Assembly: GCA_963713435.1 (NCBI GenBank)
Contig: CAVQLU010000007.1
Location: 601,960-665,959, forward strand
Direction of reading: 5' to 3'
Length of the DNA stretch: 64,000 nt
Source of the DNA: an uncultured Actinomycetes bacterium
GTDB taxonomy: Bacteria > Actinomycetota > Thermoleophilia > Gaiellales > JALYLC01
Part shown: positions 30,153 through 38,235 of the stretch, piece after piece
Numbering within the stretch: position 1 is the first letter of the stretch
Layout: each line of letters opens with the position of its first letter
Notes under the pieces: generated by a model
The model's input: the letters and a program-made list of their open reading frames with translations, nothing else
What the model was told of the DNA's origin: nothing
Database searches by the model: none
Made by a program: the position numbers and the translations under genes

Positions 30153-31127
30153 CTACCCGAGGGCGGTGGAGTCCGGTTCGTCGTCCTGCAGGGCGGCGAG
30201 GATGCCGTCGATCAGCGCTCGAGTGAGCATGAGCGACAGGAACTCCTCGATCCTCGGGACCCAGACCTCACGCTCCCCGGCCGGCGTGTCCGGCGCGAGC
30301 CAGGCCGCGATCCCCATCTCGCCGATGTGGCCGACCTGGGCAATCGCCATGGAGAAGTCGCCGCGCCGCGACACGCGGCCGGGACCGCCCGCCTCGACGT
30401 AGCTGCGGTACAGCGCGCGCGTGCGCGCCGCGTCATCCGCACCGAACTCGAACAAGGCGACCGCCAGCTCCTGGCTCCGGTCGGCCAGACCGCTGTTGTC
30501 CCAGTCGATCACGCACAGCCCGCCACCCGGCGTCGGCAGGACGTTGTCGGCCCACAGGTCGCGATGACAGGTCGCGAGGTCGCGGGGTGGCTCGAGCAAG
30601 CCCTCCAGCGCGATCAGCTCCTCGCAGCGAGCGGCCAGCATCGCCGCGCACGGCCCGCTCGCGGCGTCCATCGCATCGGCAAGCTCACGCCAACGCGTAG
30701 CGCCGACGGGATCCGTGTACCAGGGATCGAGGGGCATCGTCCCGGCGAAGCCGAGCAGGTGGATTGCGGCGAGAAGACGACCGACCGCCGCAGGATCGAC
30801 AAGGGGATCCGCCTTTCCGAGCTCGACCCACTCGTAGACGCGCACAGCGTCGCCGGCGCAGGCGAGCTGGATTTCCCCGTCCAGCGTCCGAACGACGCGA
30901 GGCGTCGGGATGCCGGCCAGCGTCGCTGCCTCCTGGATCGCGGCGGCCTCCACGGCCTCGCGTTCATCGAGCGGATCGAACGTCTCCTTGACGGCCCAAT
31001 CGCCCCGCTCCGTCTGCAGCCGCCACACCTGACCGACGACGCCGCGCGCCACCGGGCCGGTCAGCGAGAGTGCCTCGCCGAGGCCGTAGGCCGCTGCGAT
31101 CGCGTCCTGGTCGGCGGCCCGGAGCAC
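30153..31127 (-). CDS. Phosphotransferase (APH/choline-kinase-like) family protein.
   Basis: CHRDLWADNVL (HxDxxxxN) and VIDWDNSG are present. I place the GTG start at 31127, just after the upstream stop. The track ORF 30153..31589 is over-extended. Confidence 0.7.
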   Translation of the reverse strand: MLRAADQDAIAAAYGLGEALSLTGPVARGVVGQVWRLQTERGDWAVKETFDPLDEREAVEAAAIQEAATLAGIPTPRVVRTLDGEIQLACAGDAVRVYEWVELGKADPLVDPAAVGRLLAAIHLLGFAGTMPLDPWYTDPVGATRWRELADAMDAASGPCAAMLAARCEELIALEGLLEPPRDLATCHRDLWADNVLPTPGGGLCVIDWDNSGLADRSQELAVALFEFGADDAARTRALYRSYVEAGGPGRVSRRGDFSMAIAQVGHIGEMGIAAWLAPDTPAGEREVWVPRIEEFLSLMLTRALIDGILAALQDDEPDSTALG

Positions 31128-31138
31128 GACGCGGCGCC

Positions 31139-31975
31139 CTAGCCGAGCAGCGCTTCGGCCAGGGCCGTCCAGCCCCGGCGCGGAATTCCGTCCTCGCCCG
31201 TGACCTGCAGGACGACGTGATCGGCGCCTGCGCTGAAATGCGCCCGCGCAACGCCCGCGAGCTCCTCGGCGGTGCCGTGTGGCACTACGGCATCGATCAA
31301 GCGGTCGGAGCCTCCGTCGGCGATGTCGGTCTCGCTGAAGCCGAAGCGCAGCAGGTTGCTCGTGTAATTCGTCAGCCCGAGATAGATGCTTGCGAACTCG
31401 CGCGCGGCGACTCTCGCCCGCGCGCTGTCGCTGTCGACCACGACGGCGACCTCCGGAGCGACCAGCGGGCCGGGCCCGAGCTGCTCTCGCGCGGCTTTCG
31501 TGTGCTCGACCGGGACGAAGTACGGGATCGTGCCGAGCGAGCGCTCGGCGCTCAGCGCCAGCATCTTCGGCGCCAGCGCCGCGATGCACCGGCGCTCGGG
31601 TGGAATCGGCACGTCGGCCCCATCGAGGCCGTCGAGGAACGTCCGCATGGCGGTGAGCGGCCTCGTGTAGTCGCTCGTCGCCTCGGGATGGCCGGTTCCG
31701 ATGCCCACGAGCAGGCGTCCCGGGAAGTCCCGCTCGAGCACCGCGTACTCGGCCGCGAGCTCGGCGGGGTCATAGGCCCAGATGTTCACGATGCTCGTCG
31801 CGATCACGAGCTTCTCGGTCGCCTCGAGCAGCGGCCGCACGCTCGGCAGTCGCGGCGAGCCTCCCAGCCAGAACGTCGTGTAGCCGAGGTCTGCGACGAG
31901 GCTCGCGGCCTCCCCGGCATTGCTCTCGCCGATGCGGCGCCAGGTCGTCCAGATGCCGAGCTTCCCCAGTTCCAT
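31139..31975 (-). CDS. LLM-class F420-dependent oxidoreductase.
   Basis: This is an intact 278-aa ORF. The N-terminus MELGKLGIWT and the luciferase-like TIM-barrel pattern are typical of this class. Confidence 0.7.
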   Translation of the reverse strand: MELGKLGIWTTWRRIGESNAGEAASLVADLGYTTFWLGGSPRLPSVRPLLEATEKLVIATSIVNIWAYDPAELAAEYAVLERDFPGRLLVGIGTGHPEATSDYTRPLTAMRTFLDGLDGADVPIPPERRCIAALAPKMLALSAERSLGTIPYFVPVEHTKAAREQLGPGPLVAPEVAVVVDSDSARARVAAREFASIYLGLTNYTSNLLRFGFSETDIADGGSDRLIDAVVPHGTAEELAGVARAHFSAGADHVVLQVTGEDGIPRRGWTALAEALLG

Positions 31976-31984
31976 GCGCGCAGG

Positions 31985-33508
31985 CTACCCCCGCGCGTTC
32001 TGGCCGCGAATCAACTCGGCGAGCCGCTCGGCGACCATCAGCGTCGGGATGTGCGTGTTCGCGGACGGAATGTCGGGCATGACGGACGCATCCGCGATGC
32101 GCAAACGGTCGATCCCGTGCACGCGCCCGCACTCGTCGACCACTGCTGACGGGTCCGAGGCGGCGCCCATGCGGCACGTGCCGACGGGGTGGTGGTACGT
32201 CCAGCAGGACCGGCGCATCCAATCGCGCCGGTCGGCGCGACCCGGCGCCCGGCGACGGCGCGGTCCGCCTTTGCCGAGCAGGCGCAGCTCGGGCTGAGCC
32301 GCGAGCCCTTCGGCCAGCTCGAGCCCCTCCTCCAGGCGCTCGAGGTCGCAGGGCTCGCGGAAGGTGCCGAGGTCGATGCGCGGCGCCTCGGTAGCACGCC
32401 CCGAACGCAGGGAGATTCTCCCGCGCGAGCGCGGCTTCAGGAGCGCCGCGACCACCCTGAACGTCGCGGGCGCAGCGCCGACCGGCGTATCGGGGACGAA
32501 GGCGATGAGCTGGAGGTCGGGTGGACTGCCGGCCACCGCCTGTGAGCTGTGCAGCGTCGCTACCGCCTGCGCAAGCGGAGCCGGAGCCGGGTCCGGCGCG
32601 TGTGGCGACGCCAGGGCCACGGCGGTGTGGTCGGCGAGGTTCGCTCCCACGCCGGCCAGATCGGCGCTGATCGTGATTCCCAGGTCGCTGAGCTGCGACG
32701 CCGGGCCGATGCCCGAGCGGAGCAGGAGCAGCGGCGAGCCGTAGGCACCGGAGCTGAGGACGACGCACCCGGCGTGCACGATCTCGCCGCCCGCCAACCG
32801 GACTCCCAGTGCCCGGCCTCGCTCCACCACGAGGTCGACCACCTCGCAATCGCAGCGAATGGCGAGGTTCGGCCGATCGCCCGGGCGCGGCAGGTACGTG
32901 TGGGCGGCGCTCAGCCGGATCCCGTCGAGGCAGTTGACGGGGAGCAGGCCCGCACCCACCGCTCCCGGTGCGTTGTGGTCTTCCACCGGCGTGATTCCCA
33001 TGCCCGCGAACCCAGCGAGGCTTGCAGCCGCGACATCCGACAGCTCGCCGGGTCGATAGCGCCGGATCGGCACGGGGCCTGCGCTCCCGTGCCACGGACG
33101 GTCGCCGAAGTCGAGGTCGCGCTCGAGCCGCGTGAAGGATGGCAAGACATCCGAGAACGACCAACCGGGGTTGCCGCTGCTCGCCCAGCCGTCGTAGTCG
33201 GCGGGCGAGCCGCGTAGCGCGAACGTCGCGTTGGTCGACGAGCAGCCACCGAGCAGCCGTCCGCGAGGGAGTGCGCGCGTAACCCCGGCCTCATCGGGTT
33301 CGCTCGTATAGCCCCAGTCGAAGCTGCGCGTCGGCTGCCAGCCGAGCCGCACATCGTCGGGCGGCGACTCGCGCAGGTCGGGTCCCGCCTCGATCAGGAC
33401 TACCCGGCAGCTCGGATCCTCGCTCAGCCGCGTCGCGACGACGCAGCCCGCCGCGCCCCCGCCCACGACGAGCACATCTGGAGCGCCGGCTGCAGCGGCG
33501 TCCGCCAC
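31985..33508 (-). CDS. GMC family oxidoreductase (choline-dehydrogenase-like).
   Basis: This is an intact 507-aa ORF with DVLVVGGGAAGCVVATRLSED, GGCSSTNA and a C-terminal HPVGTCRMG. Confidence 0.85.
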   Translation of the reverse strand: MADAAAAGAPDVLVVGGGAAGCVVATRLSEDPSCRVVLIEAGPDLRESPPDDVRLGWQPTRSFDWGYTSEPDEAGVTRALPRGRLLGGCSSTNATFALRGSPADYDGWASSGNPGWSFSDVLPSFTRLERDLDFGDRPWHGSAGPVPIRRYRPGELSDVAAASLAGFAGMGITPVEDHNAPGAVGAGLLPVNCLDGIRLSAAHTYLPRPGDRPNLAIRCDCEVVDLVVERGRALGVRLAGGEIVHAGCVVLSSGAYGSPLLLLRSGIGPASQLSDLGITISADLAGVGANLADHTAVALASPHAPDPAPAPLAQAVATLHSSQAVAGSPPDLQLIAFVPDTPVGAAPATFRVVAALLKPRSRGRISLRSGRATEAPRIDLGTFREPCDLERLEEGLELAEGLAAQPELRLLGKGGPRRRRAPGRADRRDWMRRSCWTYHHPVGTCRMGAASDPSAVVDECGRVHGIDRLRIADASVMPDIPSANTHIPTLMVAERLAELIRGQNARG

Positions 33509-33559
33509 ACGACGAGCGTAGAGAGAACCGGTCCGGAACGCCAGACACGGCGGGCGCTC

Positions 33560-34381
33560 TCAGCCGCCGCCACCGTCGATCCGGTCGCGCATGAAGTGAT
33601 CGGATGCGACCTCGCCGATGAGATCGGCCACGGAGTCGACGATCAGCGACGGCCGGTAGGGGAAGCGCTCGGCGGTCTCCCGCGTGCTGATTCCGGTGAG
33701 GACCAGGATCGTGCGCAACCCCGCCTCCATGCCCGCCACGACGTCGGTGTCCATCCGGTCGCCGACCATCGCGGTCGCCTCGGAATGCGCGCCGATCACC
33801 CGCAGCGCCTCGCGCATCATGAGCGGGTTCGGCTTGCCGACGAAGTACGGCTCCACGCCCGTCGCCTTCGAGATCAGCGCCGCCACGGAGCCGGTCGCGG
33901 GCAGGATCCCCTCCGGCCCGGGGCCCGTCGTGTCGGGATTGGCGGCGATGAAGCGCGCCCCGGCGGCGATCAGGCGGATGCCGCGCGTGATGCGCTCGAA
34001 GCTGTAGGTGCGCGTCTCGCCGAGCACGACGTAGTCGGGATCGCGCTCGACGAGCACGTAGCCGGCCTCGTGCAGCGCCGTCGTCAGCCCCGCCTCGCCG
34101 ATCACATAGGCGCTGCCGCCGGGCCGCTGCTCGGCCAGGAACCGCGCGGTGGCGAGAGCGGCCGTCCAGATCGAGCTCTCCGGCACCTGCAGGCCGCTCG
34201 CCGCGAGCCGCGCCGTGAGATCTCTCGGCGTGTAGAGCGAGTTGTTGGTCAGCACGAGGAAGCGCCGTCCGGCCTCCTGCAGCGCCTGGATGAAGCGGTC
34301 GGCGCCGGGAATCATCCGCTCCTCGGAGATGAGCACGCCGTCCATGTCGATCAGGTAGTTCTCGATCAGGTCGGCGCTCAT
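33560..34381 (-). CDS. HAD-IIA (NagD-like) phosphatase.
   Basis: YLIDMDGVL (DxDG), LTNNS, GKPNP and VGDRMDTD are present. The ATG at 34381 lies inside the longer track ORF. Confidence 0.8.
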   Translation of the reverse strand: MSADLIENYLIDMDGVLISEERMIPGADRFIQALQEAGRRFLVLTNNSLYTPRDLTARLAASGLQVPESSIWTAALATARFLAEQRPGGSAYVIGEAGLTTALHEAGYVLVERDPDYVVLGETRTYSFERITRGIRLIAAGARFIAANPDTTGPGPEGILPATGSVAALISKATGVEPYFVGKPNPLMMREALRVIGAHSEATAMVGDRMDTDVVAGMEAGLRTILVLTGISTRETAERFPYRPSLIVDSVADLIGEVASDHFMRDRIDGGGG

Positions 34382-34466
34382 GCGCGAACGGTACCGGCGC
34401 CGCTTCGGCGAGGCACGCGGAGATCGGCAACTCTTCCGACTATCCGACCGGAAGAGGCGAGCGATC

Positions 34467-34901
34467 TTGAGCAAGAGCGAAGGCCAGAGCTTCAACGCGC
34501 AGACGATCGAGGAATTCCGTTCCACCGGCGGCCGCGTGGAGGCGTTCGGAGACGGTCCGCTGCTGCTGCTCACGACGATCGGAGCGAAGTCGGGCCTTCA
34601 GCGCACGACCCCCCTCATGTACCTCGCGGATGAAGGCCGGGACGGTCGCGTGTACGTGTTCGCCTCGGCCCGCGGCGCCGATGACGACCCCGCCTGGTTC
34701 CGCAATCTCAGCGCCAACCCGCACGACGTCACGGTCGAGATCGGCGAGAGCTCGGCGAAGGCCGATGCCGAGGTCGTGGCCGAGCCGCTCCGCGGAAAGC
34801 TCTACGCGGAGCAGGCCGAGCGCTTTCCCGTCTACGCCGGATACGAGACCAAGACCTCGCGCGCCATCCCCGTCGTCGCACTGACCCTGCGCGACGCGTG
34901 A
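34467..34901 (+). CDS. Deazaflavin (F420H2)-dependent nitroreductase/quinone reductase (DDN) family protein.
   Basis: [28 protein letters not shown] and DPAWFRNL are present. I choose the TTG start after GGAAGAGG. Confidence 0.7.
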   Translation: MSKSEGQSFNAQTIEEFRSTGGRVEAFGDGPLLLLTTIGAKSGLQRTTPLMYLADEGRDGRVYVFASARGADDDPAWFRNLSANPHDVTVEIGESSAKADAEVVAEPLRGKLYAEQAERFPVYAGYETKTSRAIPVVALTLRDA

Positions 34902-35488
34902 CCGACGACGCGGTCCCGGCGGCCGGGTCGTCGGGAACGGCGCTGCCCCCCATCCGGACGCCGCGACTCGTGATCAGGCCGCTCGGCGATGACGACCGAG
35001 ACGCCTCCCGCGCCGTCCTCGACCCGGCTGACGACGCTGCCTTCCGCCGCTGGTTCAGCTGGGCCGTGGCAGCCCCGCCGGCACTCGCCGACCTGCTGCA
35101 GCCGCCCTTCGGCGAGCGCGCCGTGATTCTCGTGGAGAGCGACGAGCTGATCGGGTTGGTTGGCCTCGTGCCCTCGCTCGGCCCGTTCGCGCAACTCGAG
35201 GGCGCTCCGGCCGGCGGCCCGTGGACGCTCGAGCCCGGGCTCTACTGGGCGCTCTCCCCCGGACATCGGGGGCACGGATACGCCACCGAAGCCGCTGCAG
35301 CGCTCTGCCGTGAGCTCTTCACCGTGCTCAATCCCGTGCGGCTGATCGCGATGACCGAGCACACGAATCTCGCCTCGCAGGCGGTCATGCGGCGCCTCGG
35401 CATGCGGATGCTCGAGAACCCGCATCCGAAGCCCGCCTGGCTCCAGGTCGTCGGGGTCCTCGACAGCGCGCCCGGCGACGCTCGCTGA
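34898..35488 (+). CDS. GNAT (RimJ/RimL-like) acetyltransferase.
   Basis: This is an intact 196-aa ORF with RLVIRPLGDDD and GHRGHGYATEAA. The GTGA start overlaps the upstream stop. Confidence 0.7.
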   Translation: MTDDAVPAAGSSGTALPPIRTPRLVIRPLGDDDRDASRAVLDPADDAAFRRWFSWAVAAPPALADLLQPPFGERAVILVESDELIGLVGLVPSLGPFAQLEGAPAGGPWTLEPGLYWALSPGHRGHGYATEAAAALCRELFTVLNPVRLIAMTEHTNLASQAVMRRLGMRMLENPHPKPAWLQVVGVLDSAPGDAR

Positions 35489-35543
35489 CGGCCCACCTGC
35501 AACGCGGACCCTTCTCAGGTCCCTCTCAGAATCAGCCACTAGG

Positions 35544-36740
35544 TTGAGATACGTGGATCGCATCGACACCGCAGTCATCGGCGCGGGGCCCTTCGGGCTG
35601 TCGGTCGCCGCGCACCTCGCGCGCCGCAGCAGCGCCCGGACCTACGGCGAGCCCATGCGCACCTGGCGCACGCTGATGCCTCCCGACATGCGGCTTCGCT
35701 CCGGCTGGCGGACCACCAGCCTCTCGGCCCCCGGCGGCGCCGGCACGCTCGATGCGTGGACGCGCAGTGGAGAGGGCGAGCGCATCGAGCCGCTTCCGCT
35801 GCAGCACTTCCTGCGCTACTCGGACTGGTTCAGGCGCACGTTCGTGCCGGAGCTCGATCCGAGCGACGTCACGCGCATCGAGCTCGCCGACGGCGGCGTG
35901 CGGGTGGCGACGGCGGCCGGCGACGAGGTTCAGGCCAAGCACGCCGTACTCGCGCTCGGTGTGACGCCGTTCCCGCGCGTACCCGCGGTATTCGCATCCT
36001 CCGACGATCCGCGCATTCGCATCGTGCTCGAGCGCAGCGAATACGGTGACCTGGCCGGCAAGCGCGTCGCGGTGATCGGGGCGGGCAACAACGGCGTCGA
36101 GAGCGCGCTGCTCGCACACCGAGCCGACGCACGCGTCGAGCTGCTCGCCCGATCGAGCGTGCACTGGTTCACGGAGCACGAGCCGCACACCAAGCGCAGC
36201 CCGTTGCAGCAGCGTCTCTACGACCTGGCCTATCCCGTCGTCGGCTTCGGCCCGCCGGGCATCAATCGCTTCGCGCTGCATCCGGATGCATTCGCCCGCC
36301 TCCCCCATGCCGTGCGTCACCGCCTCAGCGCACGTCTGCTGCGACCGGGCGCGGCGCCCTGGCTGCGCGAGCACGTCGAGGGCGTCATCCCGATCAGCGA
36401 GAACGTGGAGGTGCGCAAGGTGGAATCGCGCCCCGACGACCTCGTGCTGCGGCTGAGCGACGGGACGACGCGCGAGGTCGACGTCTGCATCGTGGCCTGC
36501 GGCTTCGCATTCAGTCGCGACGGCCTGACGGCGCTCGCGCCGGAGCTGCGCTCGCGCATCGAGATGCAGGGCGGCTGGCCGCTGCTCGACCGGTGGTTCC
36601 GCTCGAGCGTCCCGCAGATCTCCCTCGTCGGCTTCCCGGCCGAAGGTCGCTTCGGGGCGATCGCCCGCTTCGTCGGCGGCGCCGCGTTCGCCGCCGAGCG
36701 CGTCGCCGAGGTGCTCGCCGCGCTCTCGCTCTCGGTCTAG
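35544..36740 (+). CDS. FAD/NAD(P)-binding oxidoreductase (flavin monooxygenase / pyridine-nucleotide-disulfide-like).
   Basis: This is an intact 398-aa ORF with two dinucleotide motifs, AVIGAGPFG and VAVIGAGNNG. The start could instead be the GTG at 35553. Confidence 0.7.
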   Translation: MRYVDRIDTAVIGAGPFGLSVAAHLARRSSARTYGEPMRTWRTLMPPDMRLRSGWRTTSLSAPGGAGTLDAWTRSGEGERIEPLPLQHFLRYSDWFRRTFVPELDPSDVTRIELADGGVRVATAAGDEVQAKHAVLALGVTPFPRVPAVFASSDDPRIRIVLERSEYGDLAGKRVAVIGAGNNGVESALLAHRADARVELLARSSVHWFTEHEPHTKRSPLQQRLYDLAYPVVGFGPPGINRFALHPDAFARLPHAVRHRLSARLLRPGAAPWLREHVEGVIPISENVEVRKVESRPDDLVLRLSDGTTREVDVCIVACGFAFSRDGLTALAPELRSRIEMQGGWPLLDRWFRSSVPQISLVGFPAEGRFGAIARFVGGAAFAAERVAEVLAALSLSV

Positions 36741-36839
36741 CCGCCCCGGGTCCTGCGACCGCAGGTTCGCGGCTTTCCCGCTCGCCGGATACGAGCCCAC
36801 CCCGATGAGCGGACGGCGCCTGCGAGGCAGGCTGCAGTC

Positions 36840-37319
36840 GTGTTAGGCGACCTGACGCCCGAGGAGATCGAACGCTTGCTGCGCAGCGAGGCGATCGGGC
36901 GAATCGGCTGCTACGGGTTCGGGCGCCCCTACGTCGTCCCCGTCACCTACGCCTATGACGGCGTTGCCGTCTACTGCCACTCGCGCGAGGGCCTCAAGCT
37001 GCGCATGATGAGGAACCACCCGACCGTCTGCTTCGAAGTCGACCGCGTGGACGGCGTGTCGGACTGGCAGTCCGTGATCGCGACCGGGAGATTCTCCGAG
37101 CTCGAGGCGATGGAGGCCGAGCTCGCGATGCAGTTGCTCGGGCGGCGCCTCGCCCCACTCGTCCCGAGCGCCACGAGCCGGCCGGACAGCCGCATCCACT
37201 CCTCGGGCCACCCGTGGTCGGTCTTCCGCATCCTGCTGGCGGAACGAACGGGCCGCTTCGAGCGGCCGGACTCGCGAGACGAGGAGATCCGACGTGGCGT
37301 TGAAGCACCCGAAATCTGA
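36840..37319 (+). CDS. Pyridoxamine 5'-phosphate oxidase family (flavin/F420-binding split-barrel) protein.
   Basis: This is an intact 159-aa ORF with LTPEEIERLLRSEAIGRIGC...PYVVPVTYAYDG...VYCHS. Confidence 0.7.
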   Translation: MLGDLTPEEIERLLRSEAIGRIGCYGFGRPYVVPVTYAYDGVAVYCHSREGLKLRMMRNHPTVCFEVDRVDGVSDWQSVIATGRFSELEAMEAELAMQLLGRRLAPLVPSATSRPDSRIHSSGHPWSVFRILLAERTGRFERPDSRDEEIRRGVEAPEI

Positions 37320-37554
37320 ACGGACCTCGAGACAGGATCTGGCACCGTCGCCGATCTTCGGCCTCGAGGGCATGCGCATCCCGCGCCGCACGTTGCGGCA
37401 GGGACCGATTCCGCCGGACGTTGCCTATCGGGTGATCCACGACGAGCTGATGCTGGACGGTAACGCTCGCCTCAACGTTGCGACCTTCGTGCGCCGAGGA
37501 GCAGGGCTTCCACCACTGAAGGCCGCACATTCGGCGGCAACCACTGCGGCGTGA
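37294..37554 (+). pseudogene. Remnant of a glutamate decarboxylase gene; only about 50 N-terminal codons of homology remain.
   Basis: Positions 37339-37491 encode ...MRIPRRTLRQGPIPPDVAYRVIHDELMLDGNARLNVATFV, which matches the GAD N-terminus (..IHDELxLDGNxRxNLATFV). Homology stops abruptly after ATFV, and the PLP domain is absent. Confidence 0.7.
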
Positions 37555-37612
37555 CGACAGCCGGCGCGTGGCTGAGCCCACTTCCCGATCGGCGCCGAGG
37601 CTCGCCAAGAGA

Positions 37613-37640
37613 CGGCCGCCCCGGTGCCCCGGGGCGGCCG
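37613..37640. terminator. Perfect 12-bp GC stem / 4-nt loop hairpin between convergent genes.
   Basis: CGGCCGCCCCGG-tgcc-CCGGGGCGGCCG. Confidence 0.6.
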
Positions 37641-37653
37641 ATCTACCAGGACC

Positions 37654-38100
37654 TCAGGCCCCCGCGGCAGCCGGGACGGCTGCCTTGCGGACGATCGTGA
37701 CCGGCACCGGCGACTGCCGGATGAGCGCGTGGGAGACGCTCCCGAGCATCACGCCGGCGATTGCGCCATGCCCGCGCGAGCCGACGACCAGCAGGTCGAC
37801 GCCGAGCTCGTGCACAGCGGACACGATGTTGTCCACCACAGGGCCGCGAGCCGTGTGGGGCGTCGCCTCCACCCCGGCTTCCCTCGCACGCTCCGCGGCG
37901 GCCGCTGCGATGCGCTCGGCGCCATGCTCCTCATCGACTTCGAGGACGGCAGGACTGGGTCCGGTGTGGCCCACCGGCAATGGCGGCCGTACCGCAACCA
38001 CCTGCAGCGACGCGCCCAGCTCGCGGGCCAGTTCGATGGCGACCTCGAGCGCCTGCTCTGCAGATTCGCTGCCGTCGGTGGCGATCATGATGTTCTTCAT
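37654..38100 (-). CDS. Universal stress protein (UspA family).
   Basis: This is an intact 148-aa ORF with MKNIMIATDGSESA and VVGSRGHGAIAGVMLGSVSHALIRQSPVPV. Confidence 0.9.
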   Translation of the reverse strand: MKNIMIATDGSESAEQALEVAIELARELGASLQVVAVRPPLPVGHTGPSPAVLEVDEEHGAERIAAAAAERAREAGVEATPHTARGPVVDNIVSAVHELGVDLLVVGSRGHGAIAGVMLGSVSHALIRQSPVPVTIVRKAAVPAAAGA

Positions 38101-38120
38101 GACATCTCCTCTCGGTGGCG

Positions 38121-38142
38121 CCTCGAACGTCCGGGTTCGAGG
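38121..38142 (-). promoter_or_regulatory. Perfect 8-6-8 palindrome in the USP 5' leader, just upstream of the SD.
   Basis: CCTCGAAC-gtccgg-GTTCGAGG lies 21-42 nt upstream of the ATG at 38100. Confidence 0.4.
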
Positions 38143-38191
38143 CTCCTGCCGAGCATCGCGCGATCCGGCCGCAGCGGCATCGGGGAGATCG

Positions 38192-38217
38192 GCGGAAACC
38201 GCATTCGGCTTTCCCGC
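38192..38217. promoter_or_regulatory. Imperfect palindrome GCGGAAACCGCATTCGGCTTTCCCGC, a candidate operator about 105 bp upstream of the USP start.
   Basis: Both halves match a recurring CGG(G)AAA(N)CCGC half-site seen upstream of other operons in the 36.8-60 kb region. Confidence 0.4.
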
Positions 38218-38235
38218 ACTTCCCGGACCGGGCCG

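Noticed and set aside
38121-38142. An actinobacterial SOS (LexA) box, because of the TCGAAC / GTTCGA half-sites.
   Set aside because: The half-sites are separated by 6 nt, not by the 4 nt of the consensus as I remember it. The palindrome extends to 8 bp and sits in the USP leader, so it is more likely an RNA stem.
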